Made by a program: the position numbers and the translations under genes. Of a DNA stretch of 64,000 nt, positions 50,828 through 61,257 are shown piece by piece (position 1 is the first letter of the stretch; every line of letters starts with the position of its first letter). This DNA comes from Anaerolineae bacterium (lineage in GTDB: Bacteria; Chloroflexota; Anaerolineae; UBA2200): positions 1,138 to 65,137 of the forward strand of contig JBFEPU010000001.1 in the NCBI GenBank assembly GCA_041549915.1, given 5' to 3'. The notes under the pieces were generated by a model. That model ran no database searches. It saw only the letters and a list, made by a program, of their open reading frames with translations, and was not told the origin of the DNA.

Positions 50828-51325
50828 TCAGGCGATGATAACCAGAGGTTGATCAGCCTCCACACTCTGGCCTGGCTTCACCAGAATCTGCTGCACTGTG
50901 CCTCCTATCTCCACGTGCAGTTCGTTTTCCATCTTCATCGCTTCTAGGATGCACACCATGTCCCCGGCCTCAACGACATCCCCCTCTTCGACCAGCACAC
51001 GCAGCACTTTGCCCGGCATGGCGGAGACCACACTGTGCCCCCCGTGGACGACGACCCGAGCGTCTGATGCAGAATCGACTGGCGGCATGACCTCCCGTTC
51101 ACGCCTCGAAGGTCTTCCATGGCCATCGCGAAACACAAAGGGATAGGCAAAACCGTCAACCCAGGCAGTGTCTTGGCTGATCTCAACGCCATACTCGATG
51201 CCGTCCACAGTTACGATGCCATCACCCATCTGCACATTGAACGGGCGACCATTGACCGTGAGGGCTCCCTCGCCCAGCTCAATGAGGTAGTCCGCACCTC
51301 CGATGGCAAGCACAAAGCGCCTCAT
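50828..51325 (-). CDS. Biotin carboxyl carrier subunit (1.3S-like biotinyl protein)
   Basis: Biotinylation motif EAMKMENEL in a C-terminal biotinyl domain. The track start is GTG at 51367. The ATG at 51325 overlaps the upstream stop as ATGA. Confidence 0.75.
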   Translation of the reverse strand: MRRFVLAIGGADYLIELGEGALTVNGRPFNVQMGDGIVTVDGIEYGVEISQDTAWVDGFAYPFVFRDGHGRPSRREREVMPPVDSASDARVVVHGGHSVVSAMPGKVLRVLVEEGDVVEAGDMVCILEAMKMENELHVEIGGTVQQILVKPGQSVEADQPLVIIA

Positions 51326-52809
51326 CGGAACCTCGAGTCTCGTCCCATACGTCCGGCCAGCTTCCACATCGAGACCGGAGCCAAGGCCGGCACGGCCTCC
51401 CCCTGCGCCTGTTCTGCTCGCTGCGCCGCAAGCGCGGCCGCGATTGCCGCGACCGTCTCCTCCCTCGCCGCACCCTTGGCCCGCCGCTCCAGGAAGGCAC
51501 GGGCGACCTGTGGGAAAAGGGCGTAGGAGAGCACATCCTCCTCGCTCTCGGCCAGGTCGCCGATTTCGACCGCGGCCTTCTCAAAACCAGGCTCCAGCAG
51601 ATCTGCCGGTCGGCAGTCAATGGGCTCTTCATCGCCAAGGATGAGCTTTTTGATCTGCGGATCCATCGGGGCAGGCGTACGACCGTAAAAGCCGCGCACG
51701 TAGGCCCTGACCTCGGCGGGGACAACCCTATAGCGCTCCCCGAGCAGCACATTCAGGGTGGCCTGAGTGCCCACGATCTGGCTGGTTGGCGTGACGAGCG
51801 GCGCGTAGCCCAACTCGGCCCTCACAAGTGGCACCTCTGCCAGCACTTTTTCGTAGCGATCCAGAGCATTTTGCTCGCGGAGCTGTGAGACCAGGTTGGA
51901 CATCATACCGCCCGGAATCTGGTACTGCAGCACACGCACATCCACGCCAACGACCCCGCCCTCGAATTTGCCATATTTCTTGCGCGTCTCGCCAAAGTAG
52001 CTGGCGATCTCAGCGAGCAGATCCAGGCCCAGGCCCGTGTCCCGAGACTTGCTATTCAGGGAGCTGACGATGGCCTCAGTAGGTGGCTGGGAAGTGCTGA
52101 GTGCCAAGGATGAGATGGCCGCGTCCACCACATCTACACCCGCTTCGGCAGCTTTTAGGCAAGCACTGGTGCCCATGCCACTGGTGCAGTGTGTGTGGAG
52201 CTGCACGGGAATACGCAGCACAGCCTTGAGGCGGGAAACCAGTTCGAAAGCAGCATAGGGAGTGATCAGGCCGGCCATATCCTTGACACAGATGGAGTCA
52301 GCGCCCATGCCCTCCAGCTCGAGCGCCATGGCCACGAACTTGTCCAAGGTGTGAAATGGGCTGGTCGTGTAGCAGATGCTGGCCTGCACGTGTGCGCCCG
52401 CGCGCTTGGCCACCTTCATCGCCCATTCCATGTTGCGTGTGTCATTCAAGGCATCGAAGATGCGAAAGATGTCGATGCCGCTGGCCTTGGCGCGAACGAT
52501 GAAGCGCTCGACAATGTCATCGGGGTAGTGTTTGTAGCCAACGATATTCTGAGCGCGAAGCAGCATCTGGCAGGGCGTAGTCGGGAGATGAGCCTTTATA
52601 GTGCGCGCTCTTGCCCAAGGGTCCTCACCCAGGAAACGCATCGCCGAGTCAAAGGTCGCCCCGCCCCACATCTCGGCGGAATGGAAGCCAACGGCGTCGA
52701 TCTTCTCTGTGATGGGCAACATATCTTGGATGCGCATCCGCGTAGCCAATAAGGATTGGTGTGCATCGCGCAGCGTGGTGTCAGTTATGCGTAGCGGTCC
52801 AAGACGCAT
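51322..52809 (-). CDS. Carboxyltransferase 5S-like subunit (pyruvate carboxyltransferase TIM barrel; OadA/PycB/transcarboxylase 5S family) without a fused biotin domain
   Basis: LRITDTTLRDAHQSLLATRM...HTHCTSGMG signature. Start at the ATG at 52809. Confidence 0.75.
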   Translation of the reverse strand: MRLGPLRITDTTLRDAHQSLLATRMRIQDMLPITEKIDAVGFHSAEMWGGATFDSAMRFLGEDPWARARTIKAHLPTTPCQMLLRAQNIVGYKHYPDDIVERFIVRAKASGIDIFRIFDALNDTRNMEWAMKVAKRAGAHVQASICYTTSPFHTLDKFVAMALELEGMGADSICVKDMAGLITPYAAFELVSRLKAVLRIPVQLHTHCTSGMGTSACLKAAEAGVDVVDAAISSLALSTSQPPTEAIVSSLNSKSRDTGLGLDLLAEIASYFGETRKKYGKFEGGVVGVDVRVLQYQIPGGMMSNLVSQLREQNALDRYEKVLAEVPLVRAELGYAPLVTPTSQIVGTQATLNVLLGERYRVVPAEVRAYVRGFYGRTPAPMDPQIKKLILGDEEPIDCRPADLLEPGFEKAAVEIGDLAESEEDVLSYALFPQVARAFLERRAKGAAREETVAAIAAALAAQRAEQAQGEAVPALAPVSMWKLAGRMGRDSRFR

Positions 52810-53022
52810 CGGTACCCCAAGGCTTCTATCGCACACACTCGGGAGCAGAGGAAGCGCACGCAATCGGCACTAGCGGCAGAACCCGGGCCCACAGCCAAGT
52901 GTCAGGCGAAGGTCCTCCGCCACGTCTCTTGGCATATCCTACGATGCCTCGTAATCTGCGTCAAATCGTGTCTCGCTGACCCACCCGAGTCTGCATCACG
53001 CAACTCAGCGAACGGTACTGGG

Positions 53023-54573
53023 TCACAGAGGGATGTTGCCATGCTTCTTTGGCGGGAGGCTGGCTCGCTTGTTCTGCAACATCTCCAGGGCATCGATGAG
53101 ACGCGGCCGTGTCTGGTGTGGCTCGATGACCTCATCAACATAGCCGCGCTCGGCTGCCGCGTAGGGGTTGGCGAACTTTTCCCGGTACTCGCGCAGCAAC
53201 CGCTCACGCTTCGCTTCAGAGTCCTCCGCCTCAGCGATCTCCTTGCGGAAGATGATGTTAACAGCTCCTTGTGGTCCCATCACCGCAATCTCGGCACTGG
53301 GCCATGCATAGTTGATGTCGCCCCGCACATGCTTGGAACCCATCACCACATAGGCGCCGCCGTAGCCCTTGCGGGTGATGACGGTGATCTTGGGTACGGT
53401 GGCCTCGCAGTAGGCATAGAGCAACTTGGCTCCGTGGCGGATGATACCCCCGTGCTCCTGGGCCACTCCAGGAAGAAATCCAGGCACATCGACAAAGGTG
53501 ATGATCGGGATGTTGAAACAATCACAGAAGCGGACGAACCGCCCACCCTTTGTAGAGGATTCAATATCCAGCACCCCGGCCAGGTGGGCTGGATTCTGCC
53601 CTACAATGCCCACAGAGCGCCCGTTGAGACGAGCGAAACCGATGGTGATGTTCCGTGCCCAATGCTCTTGCACCTCGAGATATTCTGCATTGTCTACAAC
53701 GCAACTTATGACCTCACGCATATCATAGGGTTTGTTCGGGCTATCCGGTACCATATGATCCAATTCCTCGTCCATGCGCATCGGATCATCCGTCGGGGGG
53801 ATGGTGGGAGGATCTTCCATATTGTTCAGCGGGATATAGCTCAACAAGCGCCTCAGCAAGGTGAAGCAGTGTTCTTCGTTCTCTGCTGCAAAGTGCGCCA
53901 CGCCACTCGTCACGTTATGCCTCATGGCACCGCCAAGCTGCTCGAAATCGACCTCCTCATGGGTGACGGCCTTGATGACTCCCGGCCCGGTGATGAACAT
54001 ATGACTGGTACCCTTGACCATGAGGATAAAGTCGGTCATAGCGGGTGAGTACACCGCACCACCGGCACATGTGCCCATGATGACGGAAATCTGAGGTATG
54101 ACCCCGGAAGCGTCTACGTTGCGCACAAAGATGTCGGCATAGGCACCCAGCGAGACCACACCCTCCTGTATGCGAGCGCCCGCTGAATCGTTGAGGCCAA
54201 TCACGGGAGCACCAACCTCCATTGCCAGGTCCATCACCTTGCAGATCTTCTCGGAGTGTGCTTCTCCGAGTGAGCCGCCAAACACGGTAAAGTCCTGCGA
54301 AAACACGTACACAAGCCGACCATCGATCGCGCCGTAGCCTGTGATGACCGCATCAGTGAACGGTCGTCTCTTTTCGATCCCAAAGCCCACAGCGCGGTGA
54401 CGCACCAGCATGTCCAACTCACGGAAGCTGCCCGGATCCAGCAGCAATTCCATTCGCTCCCGCGCGGTCAACTTGCCAGCTGCGTGCTGCCGCTCAATGC
54501 GCCGAACCCCCCCACCCAGTTTGGCTTCCTCTTTCAGTTTCCGTAGCTTCTCCGTCTTCGGGTCAGTAGACAT
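53023..54573 (-). CDS. Acyl-CoA carboxyltransferase 12S subunit (propionyl-CoA carboxylase beta / methylmalonyl-CoA carboxyltransferase family)
   Basis: 516 aa, PccB-like throughout ([16 protein letters not shown]...[15 protein letters not shown]...). Confidence 0.85.
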   Translation of the reverse strand: MSTDPKTEKLRKLKEEAKLGGGVRRIERQHAAGKLTARERMELLLDPGSFRELDMLVRHRAVGFGIEKRRPFTDAVITGYGAIDGRLVYVFSQDFTVFGGSLGEAHSEKICKVMDLAMEVGAPVIGLNDSAGARIQEGVVSLGAYADIFVRNVDASGVIPQISVIMGTCAGGAVYSPAMTDFILMVKGTSHMFITGPGVIKAVTHEEVDFEQLGGAMRHNVTSGVAHFAAENEEHCFTLLRRLLSYIPLNNMEDPPTIPPTDDPMRMDEELDHMVPDSPNKPYDMREVISCVVDNAEYLEVQEHWARNITIGFARLNGRSVGIVGQNPAHLAGVLDIESSTKGGRFVRFCDCFNIPIITFVDVPGFLPGVAQEHGGIIRHGAKLLYAYCEATVPKITVITRKGYGGAYVVMGSKHVRGDINYAWPSAEIAVMGPQGAVNIIFRKEIAEAEDSEAKRERLLREYREKFANPYAAAERGYVDEVIEPHQTRPRLIDALEMLQNKRASLPPKKHGNIPL

Positions 54574-54582
54574 ACGTGTGTC

Positions 54583-55671
54583 CTACCCTTCTTCTCCATC
54601 TTCTCCTGTAGCACTCCCCCGCTGTATGTCGCGGTAGGTCATCTGCTCGGCGGTCGCCTGGCGATGCATCCACACCCCGAGCCCGATCAGAGTCCGCCCG
54701 ACCTGGTCAGCAGCTTCTCGATCCCCTTCCTGGCGGAACAAGCTCATGCTCCGCAGGAGCAGGCCGGCTGCCGATTCGAGCTGCTCTCTGTGGATGTGCA
54801 GGCAGGCCACATCGTACAGAATTCGAGCCTGGCCTGCCAGGTCCTGAGCGTGCTCAGCCTCCCGCTGGCAGGCCTCAAACCAGGCAAAGGCGTTGTCCCA
54901 TTGACCAAATGCCTGATACAATGCGCCAATGTCTCGCTGCACTACCAACCCTGTCTCCGCGTTGCTCAGTTTGCGGAACAGATCGAGGCTTTGTTCGTAT
55001 CTGCGCAGGGCCTGTTCTGGCTGCCGTAGCGCCAGGTGAACGTCTCCTGCCAAGTCCAGGATTACAGCCTGTGCTGACTCATCCTCCAGGTTGTGGGTAA
55101 GGCTGAGCGCTTCCTCTATGCACACAAGCGCCTGCTCATGCCAGCCCGCAGCCTGATATACCCTCAGTAGAACGCGTCGAGCGCTCAGTTCCAGCTTTGG
55201 TTGTCGGCTCTGGCTCGCTACTCTGATGCTCTCTTGGAGAGCACTTGCCGCTTCGTCCCAGCGCCTGAGCTGGGCCAAGAGATATCCGCGCCGGAAAGCG
55301 GCAAGGGGTCGATACTTGCGCAGCGCAGCGCCTGCCTTGCACGCCTGGCATGCTGCGTACGCGGACAGTGCCTCGTCATGGCGCTGCATCTGCTCCAACG
55401 AATAGCCCCTGTAGAAGTACAGATCGGCCTCTGGTGTAAGCGCGTGCTTCACTGTCAGGGTAAGAGCATCGTCCAGTGCAGCTGCTGCCTCCGACCATTT
55501 CTGCTCGGCCACCAGACGGTATCCGACCTCGCTACTCTGGCGGACAAGCTGGATCCGGCGCTCTCGATCGCGGGCGCGCAGTGACTGACGCAGCCAAGCG
55601 ATACACGATACACCCAATATGAGCCACCAAAGAAACACCGCCAGTCGCGCACCGCTCCTCACGACCTCCAT
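54583..55671 (-). CDS. Membrane-anchored tetratricopeptide-repeat protein
   Basis: N-terminal TM (LAVFLWWLILGVSCIAWL) followed by ~7 TPR-like repeats. 10-nt gap to the 12S gene. Confidence 0.6.
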   Translation of the reverse strand: MEVVRSGARLAVFLWWLILGVSCIAWLRQSLRARDRERRIQLVRQSSEVGYRLVAEQKWSEAAAALDDALTLTVKHALTPEADLYFYRGYSLEQMQRHDEALSAYAACQACKAGAALRKYRPLAAFRRGYLLAQLRRWDEAASALQESIRVASQSRQPKLELSARRVLLRVYQAAGWHEQALVCIEEALSLTHNLEDESAQAVILDLAGDVHLALRQPEQALRRYEQSLDLFRKLSNAETGLVVQRDIGALYQAFGQWDNAFAWFEACQREAEHAQDLAGQARILYDVACLHIHREQLESAAGLLLRSMSLFRQEGDREAADQVGRTLIGLGVWMHRQATAEQMTYRDIQRGSATGEDGEEG

Positions 55672-56057
55672 CTAGAAACCTCATACAATACCGACCACGG
55701 CTCCATATGACGGTTGTCCGCCTCGATCATTGGATCACCGGACCGCACATCGTGTCCACGGCCCGCCGCACAATAGCGCAGACTCTTCTCACCAAGGGAG
55801 CCCATACGATGTCGCACCCAGGGCCGGGCAACGAAGATGCGCGCTTGCCCCCCATCGGAAGACAGCAGCTACGAACAGAGTTTCATGCGCGGCTTTCCTC
55901 AGCAGACATCGAACGAGTCGTACGTCGTGCTGAGCTTGCCGGCCACGAGAGTGGTAGCAGATTCGCACGCCGCGATGCACAGTCACTTCGCCGCCCATGT
56001 GATCTGCGGGCTCCACCCGGATCTTGTCGAGGACTCGAATGCGCTGTGCTTTCCCGC

Positions 56058-57197
56058 CTATCCGAGGACGCTGCGGGCGATTACCATGCGCTGCACCTCG
56101 CTCGTGCCCTCATAGATTTCGGTGATCTTGGCATCGCGGTAGTGGCGCTCGACCGAGTACTCTTTCATATAGCCGTAGCCACCATGGATCTGCACGGCGC
56201 GGTCTGCTACCCAGACCGCCGTTTCCGAGGCAAAGAGCTTGGCCATAGATGCTTCTTTGCTGTAGCGCTCCCCCGCATCTTTTTTCAGCGCAGCCTGATA
56301 GTTGAGCAATCGAGCTGCTTCAATGCGCGTGGTCATGTCCGCCAGCATCCACTGGATGGCCTGGAACTGGCAGATCGGCCGCCCGAACTGAACTCGCTGC
56401 TTGCTGTACTCGAGCGCGGCTTCGTACGCTCCCTGTGCAATGCCCACCGCCTGTGCCGCGACGCCAATCCGTCCCGCATCCAACACCGTCATGGCGATCT
56501 TGAACCCTTCCCGCTCATCACCCAGACGGTTGGCCACAGGGATACGCACATCATCAAAAAGCAGCTCACAGGTATTGCTGCCCCGGATGCCCATCTTTTG
56601 CTCCTCCTGGCCAACGGCAAAGCCCTCAGTTCCTTTCTCCACGATGAAGGCAGTGATACCACGGTGGCCTTGTTCTTTGTCCGTCATGGCAAACAGCACA
56701 ATGATGTCGGCGAATCCTCCGCTGGTGATGAAATGCTTGCGGCCATTGATTATGTAGGAATCGCCATCGAGGACGGCGGTAGACAGCAACGCCGAGGCAT
56801 CGCAGCCAGCCGCAGGCTCGGTCAGTGCAAAAGCACCGATCTTCTCGCCGCGAGCCAGAGGCTCGAGAAACTTGATTTTTTGTTCCTCGGACCCGAACTT
56901 TTCAATGCTGCCATCGACCAGCGAGTTCTGAACAGCCATCACGGTCGCGGTGGAAGCGCACGCCTTGGACAATTCCTCAACGGCAATCACGTAGCTGACG
57001 GTGTCGGCCCCACCGCCACCGAACTCCTCAGAGACAGTTAGTCCCAGCAGGCCCAGTTGAGCCATCTTCTTGATGTTCTCAAATGGCACTACTGCTTTCT
57101 CGTCGATTTCGGCAGCGATGGGAGCCACTTCCTTCTGCGCGAAATCACGCACCATCTTGCGTACCATCTCTTGTTCTTCAGTGAACTGCAAGTCCAT
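56058..57197 (-). CDS. Acyl-CoA dehydrogenase (short/branched-chain type)
   Basis: 379 aa. ACAD N, middle and C domains, with a C-terminal catalytic Glu region ([17 protein letters not shown]). Confidence 0.85.
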   Translation of the reverse strand: MDLQFTEEQEMVRKMVRDFAQKEVAPIAAEIDEKAVVPFENIKKMAQLGLLGLTVSEEFGGGGADTVSYVIAVEELSKACASTATVMAVQNSLVDGSIEKFGSEEQKIKFLEPLARGEKIGAFALTEPAAGCDASALLSTAVLDGDSYIINGRKHFITSGGFADIIVLFAMTDKEQGHRGITAFIVEKGTEGFAVGQEEQKMGIRGSNTCELLFDDVRIPVANRLGDEREGFKIAMTVLDAGRIGVAAQAVGIAQGAYEAALEYSKQRVQFGRPICQFQAIQWMLADMTTRIEAARLLNYQAALKKDAGERYSKEASMAKLFASETAVWVADRAVQIHGGYGYMKEYSVERHYRDAKITEIYEGTSEVQRMVIARSVLG

Positions 57198-57242
57198 GGT
57201 CTTTGCCTCCTATGGCTGTGTCGTTCCTCTGCGTTCGGTTCC

Positions 57243-58433
57243 CTAAATCAGCTCGATGGTCATGGCCACGGCCTCCCCACCACCGAGGCAGAGTGTTGCC
57301 AGTCCTGTCTTGAGACCCCTGTCCTGCAGAGCGTGGATGAGCGTGACCAACACCCGTGCGCCGCTGGCCCCAATGGGATGGCCAAGAGCAATGGCCCCAC
57401 CGTGTACGTTCACCTTGTCCCAATCGAGGCCCAATTCCCTTCCATCGGCCAGTGTCTGCGACGCAAAGGCCTCGTTGACCTCGAACAGGTCAATGTCCTC
57501 CCGCCGGTATCCTGTCTTGCGCAGGAGCTTGCGCACAGCGAAAATCGGCGCGGTGAATATCCTCAGCGGTTCCACGGCTGCCTGATCGTACCCGGTGATT
57601 CGCGCCAAGGCTTGGATCCCAAGCTCCGTCGCGGTGTCCTCTCCCATGACGACGAGCGCAGCTGCGCCATCAGTGATGCCCGGTGAGTTGCCCGCAGTTA
57701 CGATGCCGTCCTTCTCGAATGCCGGGCGCAGCTGCGCTAATGCCTCCATAGACGTGTCGTTTCGCGGACACTCGTCGGTGTCAAAGACCAGGGGTGGGCC
57801 CTTGCGTTGAGGCACCTCAACGGGGGCGATCTCTGCCTCGAACTTGCCCGCTTCGATGGCGGCCACGGCTTTGCGGTGGCTGCCGAGCGCGTACTCGTCC
57901 AGCTCCTCCCGCGTCAGGCCGTACTCTCTCGCGATCCATTCGGCGGAATTGCCCATATGCTGATCCTGGAAAGAACACCACAGCCCATCGCGAACCATGG
58001 CGTCCACAAGCACGCCATTTCCGAGACGGTAGCCCTCTCGAGCCTTTGGCAGTAGGTAGGGACCACGGGTCATGTTCTCCATGCCACCGGCGACAAAGAT
58101 GTCGCCGTCTCCGGCGACGATGGCCTGCGCAGCCATCATCACTGTCTTCATGCCAGAGCCGCAGATCTTGTTGATTGTGGTTGCGCCCACGGTCGGTGGC
58201 AACCCTGCCTTGATAGCTGCCTGCCGGGCAGGGGCCTGCCCTTGGCCAGCCTGAACCACGTCGCCCATGAGCACTTCGTCCACCCGTGCTGGGTCAATGG
58301 CGGATCGCCTCACAGCCTCGCCAATGACAAGAGCTCCCAGCTCTGGGGCCGGGAAACCGGCCAGCGCTCCCTGAAAGCGGGCGATAGGTGTGCGCACCGC
58401 GCTGGTGATCACAACACGCCGCATCGCTGCCAT
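57243..58433 (-). CDS. Acetyl-CoA C-acetyltransferase (thiolase II)
   Basis: VVITSAVRTPIARFQG...NKICGSGMK (Cys nucleophile)...NVHGGAIALGHPIGASGARV...CLGGGEAVAMT. Start at 58433. Confidence 0.85.
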   Translation of the reverse strand: MAAMRRVVITSAVRTPIARFQGALAGFPAPELGALVIGEAVRRSAIDPARVDEVLMGDVVQAGQGQAPARQAAIKAGLPPTVGATTINKICGSGMKTVMMAAQAIVAGDGDIFVAGGMENMTRGPYLLPKAREGYRLGNGVLVDAMVRDGLWCSFQDQHMGNSAEWIAREYGLTREELDEYALGSHRKAVAAIEAGKFEAEIAPVEVPQRKGPPLVFDTDECPRNDTSMEALAQLRPAFEKDGIVTAGNSPGITDGAAALVVMGEDTATELGIQALARITGYDQAAVEPLRIFTAPIFAVRKLLRKTGYRREDIDLFEVNEAFASQTLADGRELGLDWDKVNVHGGAIALGHPIGASGARVLVTLIHALQDRGLKTGLATLCLGGGEAVAMTIELI

Positions 58434-58678
58434 GGTGTAATTCCTCCTCGAATTAGGATGACTGGTGTGACCACAGGGAACCAACGCCCCGCCCGTGCAT
58501 TGTACTCACAATCTGTGATTCTGGCTACCTCGCAGAAAGTGAGTTCAAGCAGTTCCCCGGAAGCATGTGGTTGGTGTGCCTTCCGGGACTGCATCCTTCA
58601 TAGCAGTTGGGAAGCTCGTTTTGTTGCACTGGCCCGGAAGCCAACACGCCGCCACCCAACTGAGTGCGGGTTCCGCTC

Positions 58679-59992
58679 CTAGGACCCGAGGCTGTGCACA
58701 ATGCGTCTCGGGGCTGGGCTTCCTGAGAGCAGGTACGCAAACGCCAGGAAGCCTGCGATTCGTGCCAGCCCACCAATCCACAGCGCCTCTCGGATGCCGA
58801 TCCACTCTGCCACTGTGGTGCCCAAGAGGGGGCTCGCGAATGCAGCAACGTTCATCAGCGTGTTGAACAGCGCCACGTAGCTGGCACGTCGCTCCGTCGG
58901 TGCGAACTCGAGCAGGGTGTTGAACAGGCCAAGGTTAAATGCTGGGTTGGCGATGCCAGCGACGAAGGAAACAAGCAGCAGCGGCCACGGACTCGTACTG
59001 AGCGCAGTACCGATGGGAAAGAAGCACACAAGCAGGATGCCTAGAAGCAGCACAGATCGCGAGCCTCGGCGCTGGGCCACCTTGCCCAAAGCGTAGTACA
59101 CCACGATCGTGACTGCGGATTCCAGTGTTGAGAGTGCACCGATCCATCCCTCGGAGATACCGAGCGTCCTAACGCGGTAGATCGCATAGAGAGGAACCGG
59201 GAAATAGAGGCCCCAGTGATACAGGAAGGAGCCCAGAGCGAACCGCAGATAGTCCCGCTGAGCCAAGACCCTCCGCACAGACCGGCGCACGCCCAGGCGC
59301 TCGCCAGACGGTGCTGGGTTGGGGCGGGTTGCGTCGCTGTCAGGGATGGCCAGACGGCCCAGATAGTACAAGCTAACCAGAGAAGCCGCAAAGGACAGAG
59401 CGAAGACGAGCTGATACCCTCCAGGAAAGGGGAGCAGATCCAGGGCTTGGCCAGTCATGAGCACTGTCAGCATGGTCGCTGCGGCCAAGAGAGCATTGCG
59501 CAGGCTTACAACACGGGCTCGATCCGGGGGTGCGATGACATCGGCAAACATCGCGGTAAAAGAGACCGTTCCGACAGCGGCCGGAATCGTCCCCAGTGCC
59601 GTGATGTAGATGACTGCGCCAGCTCGCATCCGCTCAGGGAAGAGGGGGGCCAGCGCGACGATGAAGACGGGTAGGCGCATTAGTAAGCCTGAAAGCAGGA
59701 GGACCTTTCGCGTATCGCTGGCGCGCTCAACCAAACGTGCGGCGGGGATCTGAAAGATGACGTTCACGAGGGCGGGCAGCGAGGTACGCAAACCCATGAG
59801 CAAGTTTGAGGCTCCGAGTCGAAGCGCAAACACGCTGATGAACGTGTTGCTCACGCCGGATAGCACACCAAACCAGGCGATCTCTCGATAGAGATTCCAC
59901 TCATTCCATTGCGCGTGGACCTGACCAGGTGCCAGCCAGCGCAGCGCAAGATCGCGCGCCCTTTGGAGCCCAGAGCCAGTCTTGCTCACCAC
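58679..59992 (-). CDS. MFS transporter
   Basis: 437 aa with 12 predicted TM segments and MFS-like loop motifs. Confidence 0.7.
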   Translation of the reverse strand: MVSKTGSGLQRARDLALRWLAPGQVHAQWNEWNLYREIAWFGVLSGVSNTFISVFALRLGASNLLMGLRTSLPALVNVIFQIPAARLVERASDTRKVLLLSGLLMRLPVFIVALAPLFPERMRAGAVIYITALGTIPAAVGTVSFTAMFADVIAPPDRARVVSLRNALLAAATMLTVLMTGQALDLLPFPGGYQLVFALSFAASLVSLYYLGRLAIPDSDATRPNPAPSGERLGVRRSVRRVLAQRDYLRFALGSFLYHWGLYFPVPLYAIYRVRTLGISEGWIGALSTLESAVTIVVYYALGKVAQRRGSRSVLLLGILLVCFFPIGTALSTSPWPLLLVSFVAGIANPAFNLGLFNTLLEFAPTERRASYVALFNTLMNVAAFASPLLGTTVAEWIGIREALWIGGLARIAGFLAFAYLLSGSPAPRRIVHSLGS

Positions 59993-59997
59993 ACAGT

Positions 59998-60516
59998 CTA
60001 TGTCTCTGCTTCCATCGCCCGCAGAGCAGAGATCAGTTTGCTGTAAGTATCATCTATCCATTCGGGGATGACACGCACATCGCTGAGGACGGGCATGAAA
60101 TTAGTGTCATTCTCCCAGCGCGGCACGATATGGATGTGTACGTGGTCCTGAATGCCTGCACCAGCTGCCTGGCCCAGATTCAGACCCACGTTGAAGCCGT
60201 GCGGGTTCATCGCCGCCCGAAGCAGTTGTAGGCCCTTTTTGGTCAGTCGCATCATTTCAGCCAGCGTCTCGTCGTCCAGGTCCAGCAGGTCGCCCAAGTG
60301 GACGTTGGGCACAACCAGCATGTGCCCATTGACGTAAGGGTACAGGTTCAGCATCAACGTGACCCTCTTGCCACGATGGACGACGTAATTTGCTGCGTCA
60401 TCATCTGCAGTGAGCGCCTCGCAAAACGCGCAGACGTGCGGCTTCTCACCCAAGATATAACCCATTCGCCAGCCGGCCCAGATGCGCTTCACCAGACAGC
60501 CTCCCACAGTGTCCAA
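59998..60516 (-). CDS. HIT-family protein (GalT/Ap4A-phosphorylase-like branch)
   Basis: Histidine triad HVHIHIVPRW. Confidence 0.7.
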   Translation of the reverse strand: MDTVGGCLVKRIWAGWRMGYILGEKPHVCAFCEALTADDDAANYVVHRGKRVTLMLNLYPYVNGHMLVVPNVHLGDLLDLDDETLAEMMRLTKKGLQLLRAAMNPHGFNVGLNLGQAAGAGIQDHVHIHIVPRWENDTNFMPVLSDVRVIPEWIDDTYSKLISALRAMEAET

Positions 60517-60593
60517 GCATACAAGCAGGCAGGAGTGAGTCCTGCCCCCGGTTTGCGGTCATGATTCTACAACGAATGAAAAGGACAGACAAG

Positions 60594-61247
60594 TCAGGCT
60601 CTCGTGAGAAGCAATCTCACTCTCTCAATCGCACGCACCGTTTGGCTCATACCGAGTGCCGCCATCACCTCGTCAGGGCGGCCTGTTCCCTGTCTGCCCG
60701 CCTGCAGGTGCATCGCGATTACGTACGTGTGAGCATGATGTCCTGCAATCCACAGCCCCTTGACCAGGGGACGCAAATCATAGATGCGATCGCCATCTGG
60801 GCGCTGACGGCGCCGCGGGAGATTTCCGGCAGCCAAGAGCCCGTCGAGTCGCGCCTGCACTGCATCCAGAGAATCCTCGGTCTCGACAGAGACCTCATAC
60901 TCCGCAGCCACGAGCTGGTTAGGCAGCGCTGGCAGTGCATTGTCAATCTCCCTGACGCTCACCAGCCCAAGGCCGACTGGCAGCTCCTGTTCGACCCGCG
61001 AGGCAAACTCATGCGGGTTGATGGGTCGTTCGAGGAGAATGTCCACCATCTCCGCCCGCCCTGTGAAAGCAACAGGTAGCGCGGATGCAAAGACCAGCTT
61101 GGGACGCGGATTGAAGCCGTGCGAGTAGGCTAGGTCTAAATCGGCACGCCGCAGTGTCCGCTCCCATGCGCGCACCAGATCGAGATGCGAGACGTACTTG
61201 ATCTCCTCACCTTTGCTGAAAACAACCCGCAATCGTTGGGGAGTCAT
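60594..61247 (-). CDS. TIGR03936/DUF2344 radical-SAM-linked protein
   Basis: LRVVFSKGEEIKYVSHLDLVRAWERTLRRADLDLAYSHGFNPRPKL matches the DUF2344 N-terminus. Start at the ATG at 61247; the track ORF carries 110 aa of upstream junk that overlaps the rSAM gene. Confidence 0.7.
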   Translation of the reverse strand: MTPQRLRVVFSKGEEIKYVSHLDLVRAWERTLRRADLDLAYSHGFNPRPKLVFASALPVAFTGRAEMVDILLERPINPHEFASRVEQELPVGLGLVSVREIDNALPALPNQLVAAEYEVSVETEDSLDAVQARLDGLLAAGNLPRRRQRPDGDRIYDLRPLVKGLWIAGHHAHTYVIAMHLQAGRQGTGRPDEVMAALGMSQTVRAIERVRLLLTRA

Positions 61248-61257
61248 CTCACATCCG

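Noticed and set aside
55707-57041. 444-aa plus-strand ORF
   Set aside because: Antisense to the acyl-CoA dehydrogenase gene. The ACAD reading frame has clear family motifs and this one has none.
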